Notes: a model not told the origin generated them from the sequence alone. A DNA stretch of 64,000 bases from Candidatus Lustribacter sp. (GCA_965277805.1 OZ255842.1:2432001-2496000); one strand, 5' to 3'. Shown: positions 49,497 through 58,823, numbered from the stretch's first letter. Numbers and translations are program-made.

Positions 49497-50138
49497 TCAA
49501 TCTATGCGGCGCAACGTCACGTTGATGCGACCGCTATCGAACAAGCCGGCTTGCGTCAGCAGCGTCGACGTATGCAGACGGATCCGCTCAACGCCGTGAT
49601 AGACCAATCTCGACGCACCGCCGAACCAAATCAGATCTCCGCTGTGGAGTGTAAATCGCCGCACAGGGTCTTTTCGGGATAAGCCGCCCAGTGCGAAGGT
49701 TGCATCGTCGCCGAGCGATATCGAGACGACCGGCGCGTCCAGACTCCCCTCGCCACGGTCCTGATGTAGACCCAATCTCGCATCGGCGTCGTAATAGTTG
49801 ATGAGGCACAGATTGGGCGCGCGGGTTTCGCCCGTTACACGGCCCCAAACGTCCACCAAACGTTTCGGAATAGCGGGCCACGTTAAGCCGGTAACCGGAT
49901 GCGTACTCTGATACCGATAGCCACCGTCGCGGTCCGTCACCCAACCGTACTGGCCTGCGTTGCTCATACGAACGCTCAACGCGGCCCCGGTCTTCGGCAT
50001 CTTCTGTTGAAAGAGCGGCGCTTGCTCAAGGACGGCGCGAACGTCAGAAATGAGGTCGAGCTGTTCCGCCTCGTTGAAAAAACCGGGTAAGAAGTGGAAT
50101 CCCTCGGGAAAGGATTCCACCATAACGTTATGCTGCAC
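49497..50138 (-). CDS. alkB: AlkB-family 2OG-Fe(II) dioxygenase
   Basis: GWVTDR.GYRY, CLINYY, GLHQD, VVSISLG, YHGV, RINVTLR. Confidence 0.93.
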   Translation of the reverse strand: MQHNVMVESFPEGFHFLPGFFNEAEQLDLISDVRAVLEQAPLFQQKMPKTGAALSVRMSNAGQYGWVTDRDGGYRYQSTHPVTGLTWPAIPKRLVDVWGRVTGETRAPNLCLINYYDADARLGLHQDRGEGSLDAPVVSISLGDDATFALGGLSRKDPVRRFTLHSGDLIWFGGASRLVYHGVERIRLHTSTLLTQAGLFDSGRINVTLRRID

Positions 50139-50261
50139 TATGATGAGGTACTTCGCCGGCAGTTGCGATAGCCGAAGTCCCGTTCATATCCCTATTCAAG
50201 CACGAACGTCGCGCAGGACAAGTGCCCGATTTTTCGCTCTTCAACGTGGGGCGATCGTTCG

Positions 50262-50288
50262 TGGAGCGGGCGGCGGGAATCGAACCCG
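50262..50288 (-). repeat. att-site duplicate of the tRNA-Gly 3' end (27 bp)
   Basis: TGGAGCGGGCGGCGGGAATCGAACCCG identical to 56971-56997. Confidence 0.9.
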
Positions 50289-50404
50289 AGTTCTGCGACG
50301 CAGCGGCCGGCGGCCTCCCGATCTGATAGCCCGTCCGTGAACGCGATCTTCTCGAACACACCGGGCCGAGCCTCGCGCCGAATGGATGATCGTCCGAGAC
50401 AAAA

Positions 50405-51676
50405 CTAGTCTTTGTGCTTTCGCCTTTTGAGAACATCTCTCCATACCACGAGCGGATCAGCGGAGCCGAACTGTCCCCAACGCGCGCTAACAATGCTTGG
50501 ATACTCGTCATTCCCGAGCACTCCTACTTTGATGTTGTGGCCGCCCCTCGTAGACAGGACCTGCAGTTTCCATTTGGATCCGTCGCCATTGAGATTGTAA
50601 AGAATGCCGATTCGTCGTGTTGGCGATTGGTCTTGCTCCGCGAAGGCGATATCGAGGTAACCGTTACCGTCGAAATCGGCTAACTTCAGCGAACCTTGAT
50701 GCACGAAATTAACAGTCGGATCGATCATGTGCCTAACCCAGGTTCCACCGGGCATAGACGGCGCTTCGTACCAAACAAGCCCGCCTCCGCCGTACATGGG
50801 CGCGAGCAAGATGTCCTTGCGACCATTGTGATTTATATCGGTGATGGCCGTTGTCATATTGCCGGTGAAGAGCGGATGCGCGTCGATGATTTCCACTTGC
50901 CACCGCTCACGCAAGGGATCCCCGCGGTGATGTCGCGGATTCACAAAGCGGGCGAGCATTGTGGCCGAGCGATATGGAGCGATGATGTCTGGAATGCCAT
51001 CGGCCTTAAGGACGCCTAACGTGGTGCCTTGACCATCTCGCGGAATGATTCCGCGATCGGCAAAATCCCAGTGCTGCCCGCCGTTTTCGTTGAAGTATAC
51101 GCCCTGTTCCGTAACGATGTCGGGGCGACCGTTACCGTTGACATCGCCGAGCTGCACGTCATGTGAGTAGTGCTTTCGATCAATGGTTATTGACTGCCAA
51201 GGGCATTGGTAAACGTTCGAGCAAGCACTATGCCGAGGATTGAAAAGTACGCTCGTAACGAAATTCTGGCCGCCGGTAACGATGTCTGGTGCACCATCGC
51301 CATTGATGTCCGCAGTTCGAGCATCTTCGTCACCGCCCATGTAGTCGGCATGCGATATTCGGGATCGTTGACGGCCAGCGCCGTAAAGCTCAATTATAGT
51401 TGGCCCGTAGATGGCTCCCACGACTGAACCGCGACCATCAGCATCGATGATCACTTTGGCCTTATGGTTGCCACGCCGATCATCTAAGACGTATCGCTGA
51501 AACGGAACTGGCGACACGCGCGAGACGACGATGGTGGCAATGGGCTTCGCCCTGACTGGATTGGCGATGTCCTCTCGGTTCTTGAGAACGTTGAGCCCAT
51601 AGCGCTCATAACCTTCCCGAACGCCGAATGCAACGACCAAGGTCATGACAATCGCAAAGAGAGATCGACGATTCAT
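50405..51676 (-). CDS. FG-GAP/VCBS repeat secreted or anchored protein
   Basis: DINGDGAPDIV, DVNGNGRPDIV, DINHNGRKDIL, DFDGNGYLDI; N-terminal hydrophobic segment. Confidence 0.85.
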   Translation of the reverse strand: MNRRSLFAIVMTLVVAFGVREGYERYGLNVLKNREDIANPVRAKPIATIVVSRVSPVPFQRYVLDDRRGNHKAKVIIDADGRGSVVGAIYGPTIIELYGAGRQRSRISHADYMGGDEDARTADINGDGAPDIVTGGQNFVTSVLFNPRHSACSNVYQCPWQSITIDRKHYSHDVQLGDVNGNGRPDIVTEQGVYFNENGGQHWDFADRGIIPRDGQGTTLGVLKADGIPDIIAPYRSATMLARFVNPRHHRGDPLRERWQVEIIDAHPLFTGNMTTAITDINHNGRKDILLAPMYGGGGLVWYEAPSMPGGTWVRHMIDPTVNFVHQGSLKLADFDGNGYLDIAFAEQDQSPTRRIGILYNLNGDGSKWKLQVLSTRGGHNIKVGVLGNDEYPSIVSARWGQFGSADPLVVWRDVLKRRKHKD

Positions 51677-51992
51677 TAGGCTTTGACACTACCAAGCGAA
51701 AGCACGCGGCACAATCCCGTTAAGTCGGGAATTTGCTCCGGAACCCGTCACTGCTTCAGTTCATCGCCGAGGTGCCGTGAATCGGCCCATGGAATTGCCG
51801 GAAGCCTCCAGCGAACCCAAAGCGGCACAGCTGATAAGCCTCTAATATCGGACGCGCGCAACGGTCGCGTCCCGGGCGCGACGACGACGAAACGCGGTTG
51901 CGCGTCCAATAATCTCCGGTTATCGAGCACGTTGACATTCAACTGAGACTAACGGCTGAGCTGGCATGACCATCAAGCTACGGCGAACGGGG

Positions 51993-52742
51993 CTACACTG
52001 TTCCGACCGGCGCCACTTCCGAAGCGATCTTCACATCGATCGGCGACTGCTCTACTATGCTTTTCACGGCTGCATTCGGAACGTCAGCGGCGGGAAGGCG
52101 AAGGTATCTCGGTATATCAAACGCCGCGAACGCTCGATCGATCAGCGGCGTGATCTTCGATAGTAGAGGTATTTTCAACGAACCGGCCACGAACGGGACC
52201 TCCGCCAGCTTCCAAAACGCGAAGCCGGCAGCGAGTGCAGCCGTTCCGGCAAGTGCGAGCTCGAAAGGAGTGCGGCCGTGGCCGACAATCGCGGCAATGA
52301 GGGGCTCGTGCACGAGATAGATTGAATAAGATGCCACACCAATCGCAACGAGCACCTTACTCGACAACGCGCGTTGCACGTCCGGCGACGTTCCGACGGC
52401 GACGACGAAAAAGAATGTGGCGAGTTGCCATCCGACGATTGCGGGTTGATAGGCGTACGTGATATCGGAGCCGTCCGAACCGGGCATGCGTGCGGATGGC
52501 TCGGCCACAATTCCGGCAATAGCACACAACACCATCATTGCCGGCGAGCTGCGCTTGATCCAGGTCGTGGCGGGACCGCCAAGCCGGGCGCCGATGAATA
52601 AATCAGCCGCGACGATACCCAACATAAAACCGGGCAGCGTACCGGCATCGAGTCCGCGAGCGCGAGTAAAAGCATAGATGATCATGCTGGCAAGGCCTAT
52701 CGCGCAAAACAGCCTCGGGGACTTCAGCCATGCCAACAACAT
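51993..52742 (-). pseudogene. C-terminal half of acyltransferase-3 (OafA-like)
   Basis: L.AIGVASYSIYLVHEP, FWKLAEVPF; N-terminal half not found upstream. Confidence 0.65.
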
Positions 52743-52938
52743 CCGCTCTTTTGAGGAGCAGGTTTGTTCACGGAGAGTAAAGCGAATCGACGTTTTGGGG
52801 CATCGGGGTGATCCTCATCACGCAAACCCTTTGACTTTTGGCGGATAACGGTAATGGAATTGCTTGGGCCGAAACTGCCCTCGATTTGATTTTGTAAACA
52901 CCCTAGCGCACGTACCACGAAATCGCTAAGGTCGTTCC

Positions 52939-53145
52939 ATGTTAATGTCACTGAGAGAGGTGGGCACGCGCGTCAGCTCATGCCCGTATCCGACAAAAGC
53001 CGAGCGGGGTTGTAGGGCGGACATCGCGTGGTTTTGCGTGTCTTGCAAACGATTTTCGTGCGGGATGCACGTGACTCGCCAGAGTGGCAACGTGGCATGC
53101 CGGCATTGCGCGCAGCAGTTACGGCGCCTGGGTGATCTAAATTGA
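52939..53145 (+). CDS. Cys/His-rich Zn-finger-like microprotein 1
   Basis: C-x9-C-x5-W-x-C-x2-C-x4-C-x2-H-x9-C-x2-C. Confidence 0.65.
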   Translation: MLMSLREVGTRVSSCPYPTKAERGCRADIAWFCVSCKRFSCGMHVTRQSGNVACRHCAQQLRRLGDLN

Positions 53146-53468
53146 TGGATGGGCCGTCCAATGTCGATCAACGGGCCGGGGGACAAAACACGGCTCGAGT
53201 TTACGATGCTGACCGTCGCGTGACCAAAGTAGAGTGCGCGGAATCCACGATGCGCGGTGAGGCTTGCCGAGCGATTCCGCGTTGGCGGTGCCAAGGATGC
53301 GATCGTAACACGTGCGCCGATCATGTCGTCAGGCTTGCTACGGGGCCGCTTTGCGCAATCTGTAAGCAGCCGGCGACCCCGCTAATGCGGCGCGGCATTT
53401 TCTCGCACCTTACCGGCGAAACAGCCACGGTATTCATGAAGATACCTCCCCAACGGCTTAGCCGATAG
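53142..53468 (+). CDS. Cys/His-rich Zn-finger-like microprotein 2 (true start may be GTG 53220)
   Basis: Same motif and spacing as microproteins 1 and 3. Confidence 0.65.
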   Translation: MMDGPSNVDQRAGGQNTARVYDADRRVTKVECAESTMRGEACRAIPRWRCQGCDRNTCADHVVRLATGPLCAICKQPATPLMRRGIFSHLTGETATVFMKIPPQRLSR

Positions 53469-53472
53469 TGCG

Positions 53473-53703
53473 ATGAAAATCCAAAGGAAGGCCGAGCGAC
53501 GAAAACAGACGCCTCGTTGCGCGCAGGTCGTCGCAAACCGAAAACATTGCAAGTCGATACCGGCCTGGCGTTGCGAAATGTGCGCGACGGTTTTGTGCGG
53601 TGTGCACGTCGTCAGGAACGAGTACCGCGCGAGTTGCCGGCTCTGCGGCAGCAACGTGGTTCGCTTCAGTAAGCGCCTCGGCGAACGGCGAGCATCAATT
53701 TAG
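53473..53703 (+). CDS. Cys/His-rich Zn-finger-like microprotein 3
   Basis: Same motif; basic N- and C-termini. Confidence 0.7.
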   Translation: MKIQRKAERRKQTPRCAQVVANRKHCKSIPAWRCEMCATVLCGVHVVRNEYRASCRLCGSNVVRFSKRLGERRASI

Positions 53704-54131
53704 TTGCAGTGAATAGCGCCGGATGGTCCACTAGCTTTGCCCGGGCGCTTCGCGGCGACCAGTACCGGGGCGGGGGCAGGGCTACTCCCCGCGAAGGCGG
53801 CCCGTCCGATGAACTTTCGGACCACATGCACTTGGTAACCGACAAGATTCGCGAGGTCATGCCTGACGTGGCCCGGGTCGCGCACGGGCGCTGCGTGACG
53901 TGATCGCGCGGTTCGCAATCACTCACAGTCGACGCCTCCGACAGCAAGACGTGGTGGGTGAGGTTCGACCGCGCGCTGGTCTACGACGAGCGCCAGAGCG
54001 TTCGAGAGTGATCGTGACGGCGCAAAACGCGGCTGTGCACTTCACTTAGCGCGTTCGACGCCGCGACGTGCGTGACGATCGCCGCGAGCTATCGGCTAGA
54101 CTGTCGGGGCATACTCGTCGAGGACGAGGCC

Positions 54132-54284
54132 ATGCGCTGCCGGGCGTGTGGGTTTACGTCAACGTTGCCGGGCACGCCGGTCTCCGCGTGGCGCCGGCGT
54201 ACCTCTAACGTCGAGCCGACGGTGATCGAGCTGTGTGAGATCTGCGACGCTGCGGCCGGTGGGCAACCGGCGCCAACAAGCTGA
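54132..54284 (+). CDS. Zn-ribbon-like microprotein
   Basis: MRCRACG...LCEIC; GAGG upstream. Confidence 0.5.
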   Translation: MRCRACGFTSTLPGTPVSAWRRRTSNVEPTVIELCEICDAAAGGQPAPTS

Positions 54285-54349
54285 ACCTATTTGAATGAGA
54301 GAGGAGACGGGCGTACCGTTAGCGCTCTTTGCGTCGCCTCGAATTGAAA

Positions 54350-55003
54350 TTATTTTGCTTGTTTAGGGACGGCGTTGGTGCCGCAATTATTCAAGTCAAA
54401 CGGCTTCGCTCGAAATTCGAACCTCCAATTGTCACCGCCGTATTCATCCGAGCTCCCTACGGCCATGCTCCATTGATCGAAATCGTAAACGACCCGAACC
54501 TCTTGATCGAAAATTGTATGCGATACAAATGTTACGGTAGCGTCTTTCCAAGTCCAGCGGGATGCGTCCAGCGGCTCCGGACCGTAGGTGAAGAAAGCTA
54601 CAGCTTGTCCTGATTCCGATGAGGAATTTGCGGCGAAGTTCTGTACTTCGGGACAGCTCGATATATATTTCGGGTTCGCTGAAACATTTCCGGGTAGATG
54701 CAATTCTACTCGATTGCGGAACGCGGGTGCATTGCCTAGGTTACGTACTTTTTCCGTAAGCACAAGCTGCCAGAGCCGAACACCCGGAAACTCTACTGGG
54801 ACCTGTTCAAGAATACAGCTGTCAACTGCCAATAGACAAGTGAGCTGCTGACGGTGATGCAAGTCGGCTTGAAGAAACGCGAGCCTGCCTTCTTGGGCCA
54901 TCGCAGATGTACGCCATGCTAGCAAGGCCGTCGCCAAAGCAAGACCGATGGTCCCAATGGCAACTAGAGCGTCCCAACCAAAAACCCATGGATGCTCAGC
55001 TAT
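54350..55003 (-). CDS. Membrane-anchored hypothetical protein; ATA where a start codon is expected
   Basis: WDALVAIGTIGLALATALLAWRT TM helix; AGGAG SD followed by ATA GCT GAG. Confidence 0.55.
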   Translation of the reverse strand: MAEHPWVFGWDALVAIGTIGLALATALLAWRTSAMAQEGRLAFLQADLHHRQQLTCLLAVDSCILEQVPVEFPGVRLWQLVLTEKVRNLGNAPAFRNRVELHLPGNVSANPKYISSCPEVQNFAANSSSESGQAVAFFTYGPEPLDASRWTWKDATVTFVSHTIFDQEVRVVYDFDQWSMAVGSSDEYGGDNWRFEFRAKPFDLNNCGTNAVPKQAK

Positions 55004-55315
55004 AACAGACTCCTTCCGCGAGGCCGCGATCTTCGATTCGGAGCGCCCAGCGGAGCTCCCTATTCCCAGGCGCTGCGAATGCCATTCGGGGTAACTTCGT
55101 CTTGCCGGAGATGACCGCAGGTTCGTAACAGTTGATGAGCACCTGTCTGCAGAGACCGCTTCTGGTGGCGCCACGCCGGCGATCATCGAGACGCCTAGCT
55201 GTGTTCGATAAGTCGCTAATATCGAACGCGCCCCTCAGGCCATTGACGTCACAAGCGGTGAACGCATTGACTTTTTCGAAGGCGTGGCAGACGCATCGAA
55301 ATCGTTCTCAGTATC

Positions 55316-55610
55316 TTGCTCGTGGCCGCGTTGCCGCTATGCGCATCTGCTGAAGATTTTCCAAACCGTCCGACCGGCGTTCCCCTCATACATCCCGTGG
55401 GCCGGCTTTTGGACGATAGTGCCGGCGAGGGGCGCGGGTCGTTTGCGCTTCGGAATTTACAAACCGGCGCTGAAACGCAATATCGAATTGGTTCTCCAAT
55501 GACGGTTGATGGCCACGTAGCTCATTGCTTACAGCCTGGTGCGCGATCGATTCCTGTGCTACTACTGGCCATCATCCGTCATCGTTGGAAGGACTATTGA
55601 GACGCGGCGA
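55316..55610 (+). pseudogene. Probable frameshifted secreted protein
   Basis: Signal-like start; plausible continuation CYYWPSSVIVGRT is in another frame near 55550. Confidence 0.3.
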
Positions 55611-55832
55611 TCACGCGTCGCCTTCGGGGGATGTGCCCGCCGGCATCTCATCTGTGATCGTCGGCACCTCAACGGCATTAGTTGCGTCGAACTGATGAGT
55701 TTGGGCACACCACGGGCAAAGGCGAGCGCGTGGCAAAAATCCGCGCCACTGAAGAGCTGCGATAGAAGGCGCGTAGATGGTCGCGGGCAGTAGCTGATCT
55801 GTCTCCGGACACCTCATAGTTACGAAGGGCAC
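55611..55832 (-). CDS. Small CPxT...CPxC..H Zn-binding-like protein
   Basis: (M)PFVTMRCPETD...LCPWCAQTHQF. Confidence 0.55.
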   Translation of the reverse strand: MPFVTMRCPETDQLLPATIYAPSIAALQWRGFLPRARLCPWCAQTHQFDATNAVEVPTITDEMPAGTSPEGDA

Positions 55833-56073
55833 GGCGAAGATTTCGAGCCCGAGAAGGCGTCTCTCCTGTGGGCAGATTGCCACTCGTCCGCGCCACACGT
55901 TCCACCAAATCAGCCCTGCGATAAGCACAAATAACGTGGCTAAAAGTGTTTGCACCGTCGACGGGCGTCTGAACGCGAGCGCCACAAGGATCAGCGCGGA
56001 GGCACTCCACATCCAGGCGACCCAGGTTTTGTGGCGGGCCTTTTCGACGGCGTCATTTACCGGCGCCTTTTTC

Positions 56074-56480
56074 TCACAGGATCGCAGCTGCGAAGGCAGC
56101 CTTGCACACCTCATAACACTCGCAAGATGAGCCCTTGAGTAAGGCTTTCCTCTCGACGACGGCGCAGCCTCGCTGAGAACGGACCGCTCCGCGTTCTTGA
56201 AGGCTCGCCATCGCCACTGTTACGCTAGCGCGTCTAACGCCCAAAACGTGTGCCAAAGACTGTGTGTGATCTTTAATTCAGTTTTATGACCCTGTCTTGA
56301 GTTACTGACAGCGAGCGCGCGCACCGCTGAAGGACGGAATGCTTGGCGTTGCACGCCGCCAGTTGACCGGCGCAAAACAAGGTGGCAGTTACGTTCCGGT
56401 TCATGAGTCGCGCAAAAGATGCGCTACTCGTCATTTGCGCTCTGAATTGCTGAATTGGCATCATTGCAGAAATCAGTGAG
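56074..56480 (-). pseudogene. Crp/Fnr-family regulator relic
   Basis: QLAACNAKHSVLQRCAR..TQDR in one frame and LAHVLGVRRASVT..LQ..G..CECY in another; stop at 56273. Confidence 0.8.
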
Positions 56481-56663
56481 TTCAATCGGCAGAACATAGA
56501 CGCCACCCTAACACGCGGGCGCAGCCGCATCGGTCGCTTGCGCGTCACGCCGGAGCCCGGTCTCTTTAGCATTCAGGGCGATCCGAGTCGTGCGGGCGTC
56601 CGAAGGCGGCTTCGTCGAAGATTTGTACACCGAAGACTTCGTGAAGATCGAAGCGTACCGCGC

Positions 56664-56828
56664 ATGAGAAAAGTCACCAAGCGCAAGAAGTCTATCGTCG
56701 CCGAACCGCGCAGGTCCGAACCGTACATCTGCTGCGAGTGCGGCAAACCGATCATCGGTCGCGCGATGAAATACGGCCCTCCTCTGTCAAGTACGAACGC
56801 CTATCACCCGCTTTGCTATAACCCGTAG
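56664..56828 (+). CDS. Basic Zn-ribbon-like microprotein
   Basis: CCECGKPI...YHPLCY. Confidence 0.5.
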   Translation: MRKVTKRKKSIVAEPRRSEPYICCECGKPIIGRAMKYGPPLSSTNAYHPLCYNP

Positions 56829-56867
56829 CAACGTTATGCCGGACCTCGGGACTGAAGGCGTCTAGTT

Positions 56868-56895
56868 GTTTACCATCCGTTTACCACCCATTACC
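56868..56895. repeat. Tandem 11-bp repeats near the att site (integrase arm-site-like)
   Basis: GTTTACCATCC GTTTACCACCC ATTACC. Confidence 0.45.
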
Positions 56896-56970
56896 GCAGG
56901 AACGGGTCGGTCTTAATAAATTCTCCTGGACGGCCTACAAAGAAAAAGCCCGATAAAATCAAGCTTTTAA

Positions 56971-57044
56971 TGGAGCGGGCGGCGGGAATCGAACCCGCGA
57001 CTCTTGCTTGGAAGGCAAGGGCATTACCATTATGCAACGCCCGC
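56971..57044 (-). tRNA. tRNA-Gly(TCC)
   Basis: GCGGGCG..CGCCCGC-TCCA; anticodon loop CTTCCAA. Confidence 0.96.
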
Positions 57045-57430
57045 ATACCCCTGGTCGTCCCATCATTTGTCCCAATTTGCAGCAACTTCCCGTCACTTCC
57101 CGGAATTGCAGGTTGGCGGAGCTAGGCGTTCTCTGCTAAGTAACGCCGATCAGGCGGATGCGGCGGTGCATCCTGCGATTGCACGTATGGGGGCAAGCCG
57201 ACGCGGTCCGGCACGCCGGCCCACGCGAAGCAACGGCGCGACGGGCCGGATGCCGTCCAGCGGGCGCGACGCAGCGGTCAGGTCGTAAACGGCCGTTCGG
57301 CGACATACCCAGAACGTAAAGCCGGCCGCCAGCGCGACGGGCGGGCGCCACAAAGTAGGCGACGAGACGTGCAAATGGTGCGCGATCGTGCGGACGATCG
57401 GCTACCAAGGCCAAAAGACCCTAGTATCGG

Positions 57431-58459
57431 TTAGAGGTGGGTCGGGACTCGAACGCCGGCAGCCTTCTGTGCCGCGTTGATGAATGTCGTGTCGATCAAT
57501 GTACCGATCGGTTGTTCCAGCGGTACGAGGCTGTAGAGGTGCCAGAAGCGCTGTGTTTCTTCCAACGATGCAACGTGGATTTGGCCGTATTCACCCGTGT
57601 ATGGCGGCGACGGTATGGCCGCGATGAGATCGGGCGCGAGGCCCGTCCATTTCGCCATGATGGCGATCATTTCGGGCGTCCATTTGCCGTTCGCATCGGC
57701 GATGAACTTGCACGCCCTGACGTAACCGGTCAAGAAGCGGCGAATCGCATCCGGCTTCGCCTTCAGCGTTTTGGCCGAGGCAGCCAGGAAGCTCTCTTGA
57801 TAGCTCGGATCGACATCGGTGATCGAGAGCCAGCGATGGCCGATCTTCTGCTGCTCGAGTTGCGTGACCGTCGGCTCGTAGGCTGCTTGCACGTCGTTCA
57901 CGTTGCGCAATGACGCAAGCCAATCGCCGGCCGTCGAGAAACGTTCGCTGAATGTCATGTCGGCCGGCGTCAGCGCGGCGTTCGTCATCAGATGACGCGC
58001 GAGATACCAGCCTTCACCGCCCGGCGTTGCGCCGTCGAAGTGTTTGCCGCGTAGATCGCGCGGCGCACGAATCGTCTTCGCGTCCCAATCCGATTGCTTC
58101 ACGACGAGCCAAACCGCCGGGTTCCAGCCCTTGTGACTCGAGTTCGACGACGCGATCAGCTTGGCGTCGAAGCCTTGCGCGAACTGGTTGAAGAAACCGG
58201 GGTTCGCCGAGATCGTCGCGACGTCGACGTCACCGCGCGCGAGCGATGGGATGATCGACTGGCTCGAACCGCTGTGAATGACGGCCTGCACGTTCACGCC
58301 GGCTTGCGCGAAGAAGCCCTTGTCGATGCCGACCATCACCGGCAGCGTGAAGATCAGCTGCGGGTTCATCAGCACTTTCACGACGGGCAGCGCCGGCGTT
58401 TGCGCCCCGCTCGAAAGCGGCAGCAACAGCAGCGCGAAAAGAAAAAGGACGGCCTTCAT
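57431..58459 (-). CDS. ABC solute-binding protein (SsuA/NMT1-like)
   Basis: Signal MKAVLFLFALL; DKGFFAQAGVNV, DLRGK, AYEP. Confidence 0.85.
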   Translation of the reverse strand: MKAVLFLFALLLLPLSSGAQTPALPVVKVLMNPQLIFTLPVMVGIDKGFFAQAGVNVQAVIHSGSSQSIIPSLARGDVDVATISANPGFFNQFAQGFDAKLIASSNSSHKGWNPAVWLVVKQSDWDAKTIRAPRDLRGKHFDGATPGGEGWYLARHLMTNAALTPADMTFSERFSTAGDWLASLRNVNDVQAAYEPTVTQLEQQKIGHRWLSITDVDPSYQESFLAASAKTLKAKPDAIRRFLTGYVRACKFIADANGKWTPEMIAIMAKWTGLAPDLIAAIPSPPYTGEYGQIHVASLEETQRFWHLYSLVPLEQPIGTLIDTTFINAAQKAAGVRVPTHL

Positions 58460-58534
58460 AACCAAGAGCCTTTCCCTCGCTCGTTTGCGTTCCTGTCCGA
58501 AGACGCGCGCCGCGGTAACGGCGCGCGCCCGGAC

Positions 58535-58623
58535 TGGTGGGCAGGGTTGGATTCGAACCAACGTACCGCGTTAAGCGGGCCAGGTTTACAGCCTGGTGCC
58601 TTTAACCACTCGACCACCTACCC
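58535..58623 (-). tRNA. tRNA-Tyr(GTA)
   Basis: GGGTAGG..CCTGCCC-ACCA; anticodon loop CTGTAAA; long variable arm. Confidence 0.95.
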
Positions 58624-58682
58624 ACGAGGTCGACCGCCTACAGTACGGCCCCCATCGAACCTGGTCCTACCCGCCACCGGCA

Positions 58683-58708
58683 TGTCATCCCGAACCCGTC
58701 GAGGGACA
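58683..58708. repeat. REP-like palindromic element (copy 2)
   Basis: TGTCATCCCGAACCCGTCGAGGGACA. Confidence 0.45.
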
Positions 58709-58744
58709 GCTGGTCTCGGTGAAAGAATTAGGTGGGGAACACAG

Positions 58745-58823
58745 GCCGACGTGGCACAGCGGCGACTGCACAGCTTTTGTAAAGCTGCATACAACACCGT
58801 GGGTTCGAGTCCCACCGTCGGCT
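58745..58823 (+). tRNA. Atypical tRNA-Thr(TGT): 11-nt variable loop, no encoded CCA
   Basis: GCCGACG/CGTCGGC acceptor; CAGCT-TTTGTAA-AGCTG anticodon arm; GTGGG-TTCGAGT-CCCAC T arm. Confidence 0.82.

Larger units (their letters stand above)
50262..56997. mobile_element. Genomic island integrated at tRNA-Gly(TCC), no intact integrase
   Basis: 27-bp terminal direct repeats, visibly lower GC, fragmented genes. Confidence 0.8.

Noticed and set aside
50262-50340. Second tRNA-Gly gene
   Set aside because: Only the 3' 27 nt are present; similarity stops before the anticodon arm, so it is an att remnant
53709-54011. Additional gene after the Zn-finger triad
   Set aside because: Short frames without motifs; may be a relic but cannot be supported
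57150-57414. Small ORF between tRNA-Gly and the SBP gene
   Set aside because: No recognisable motif or confident start
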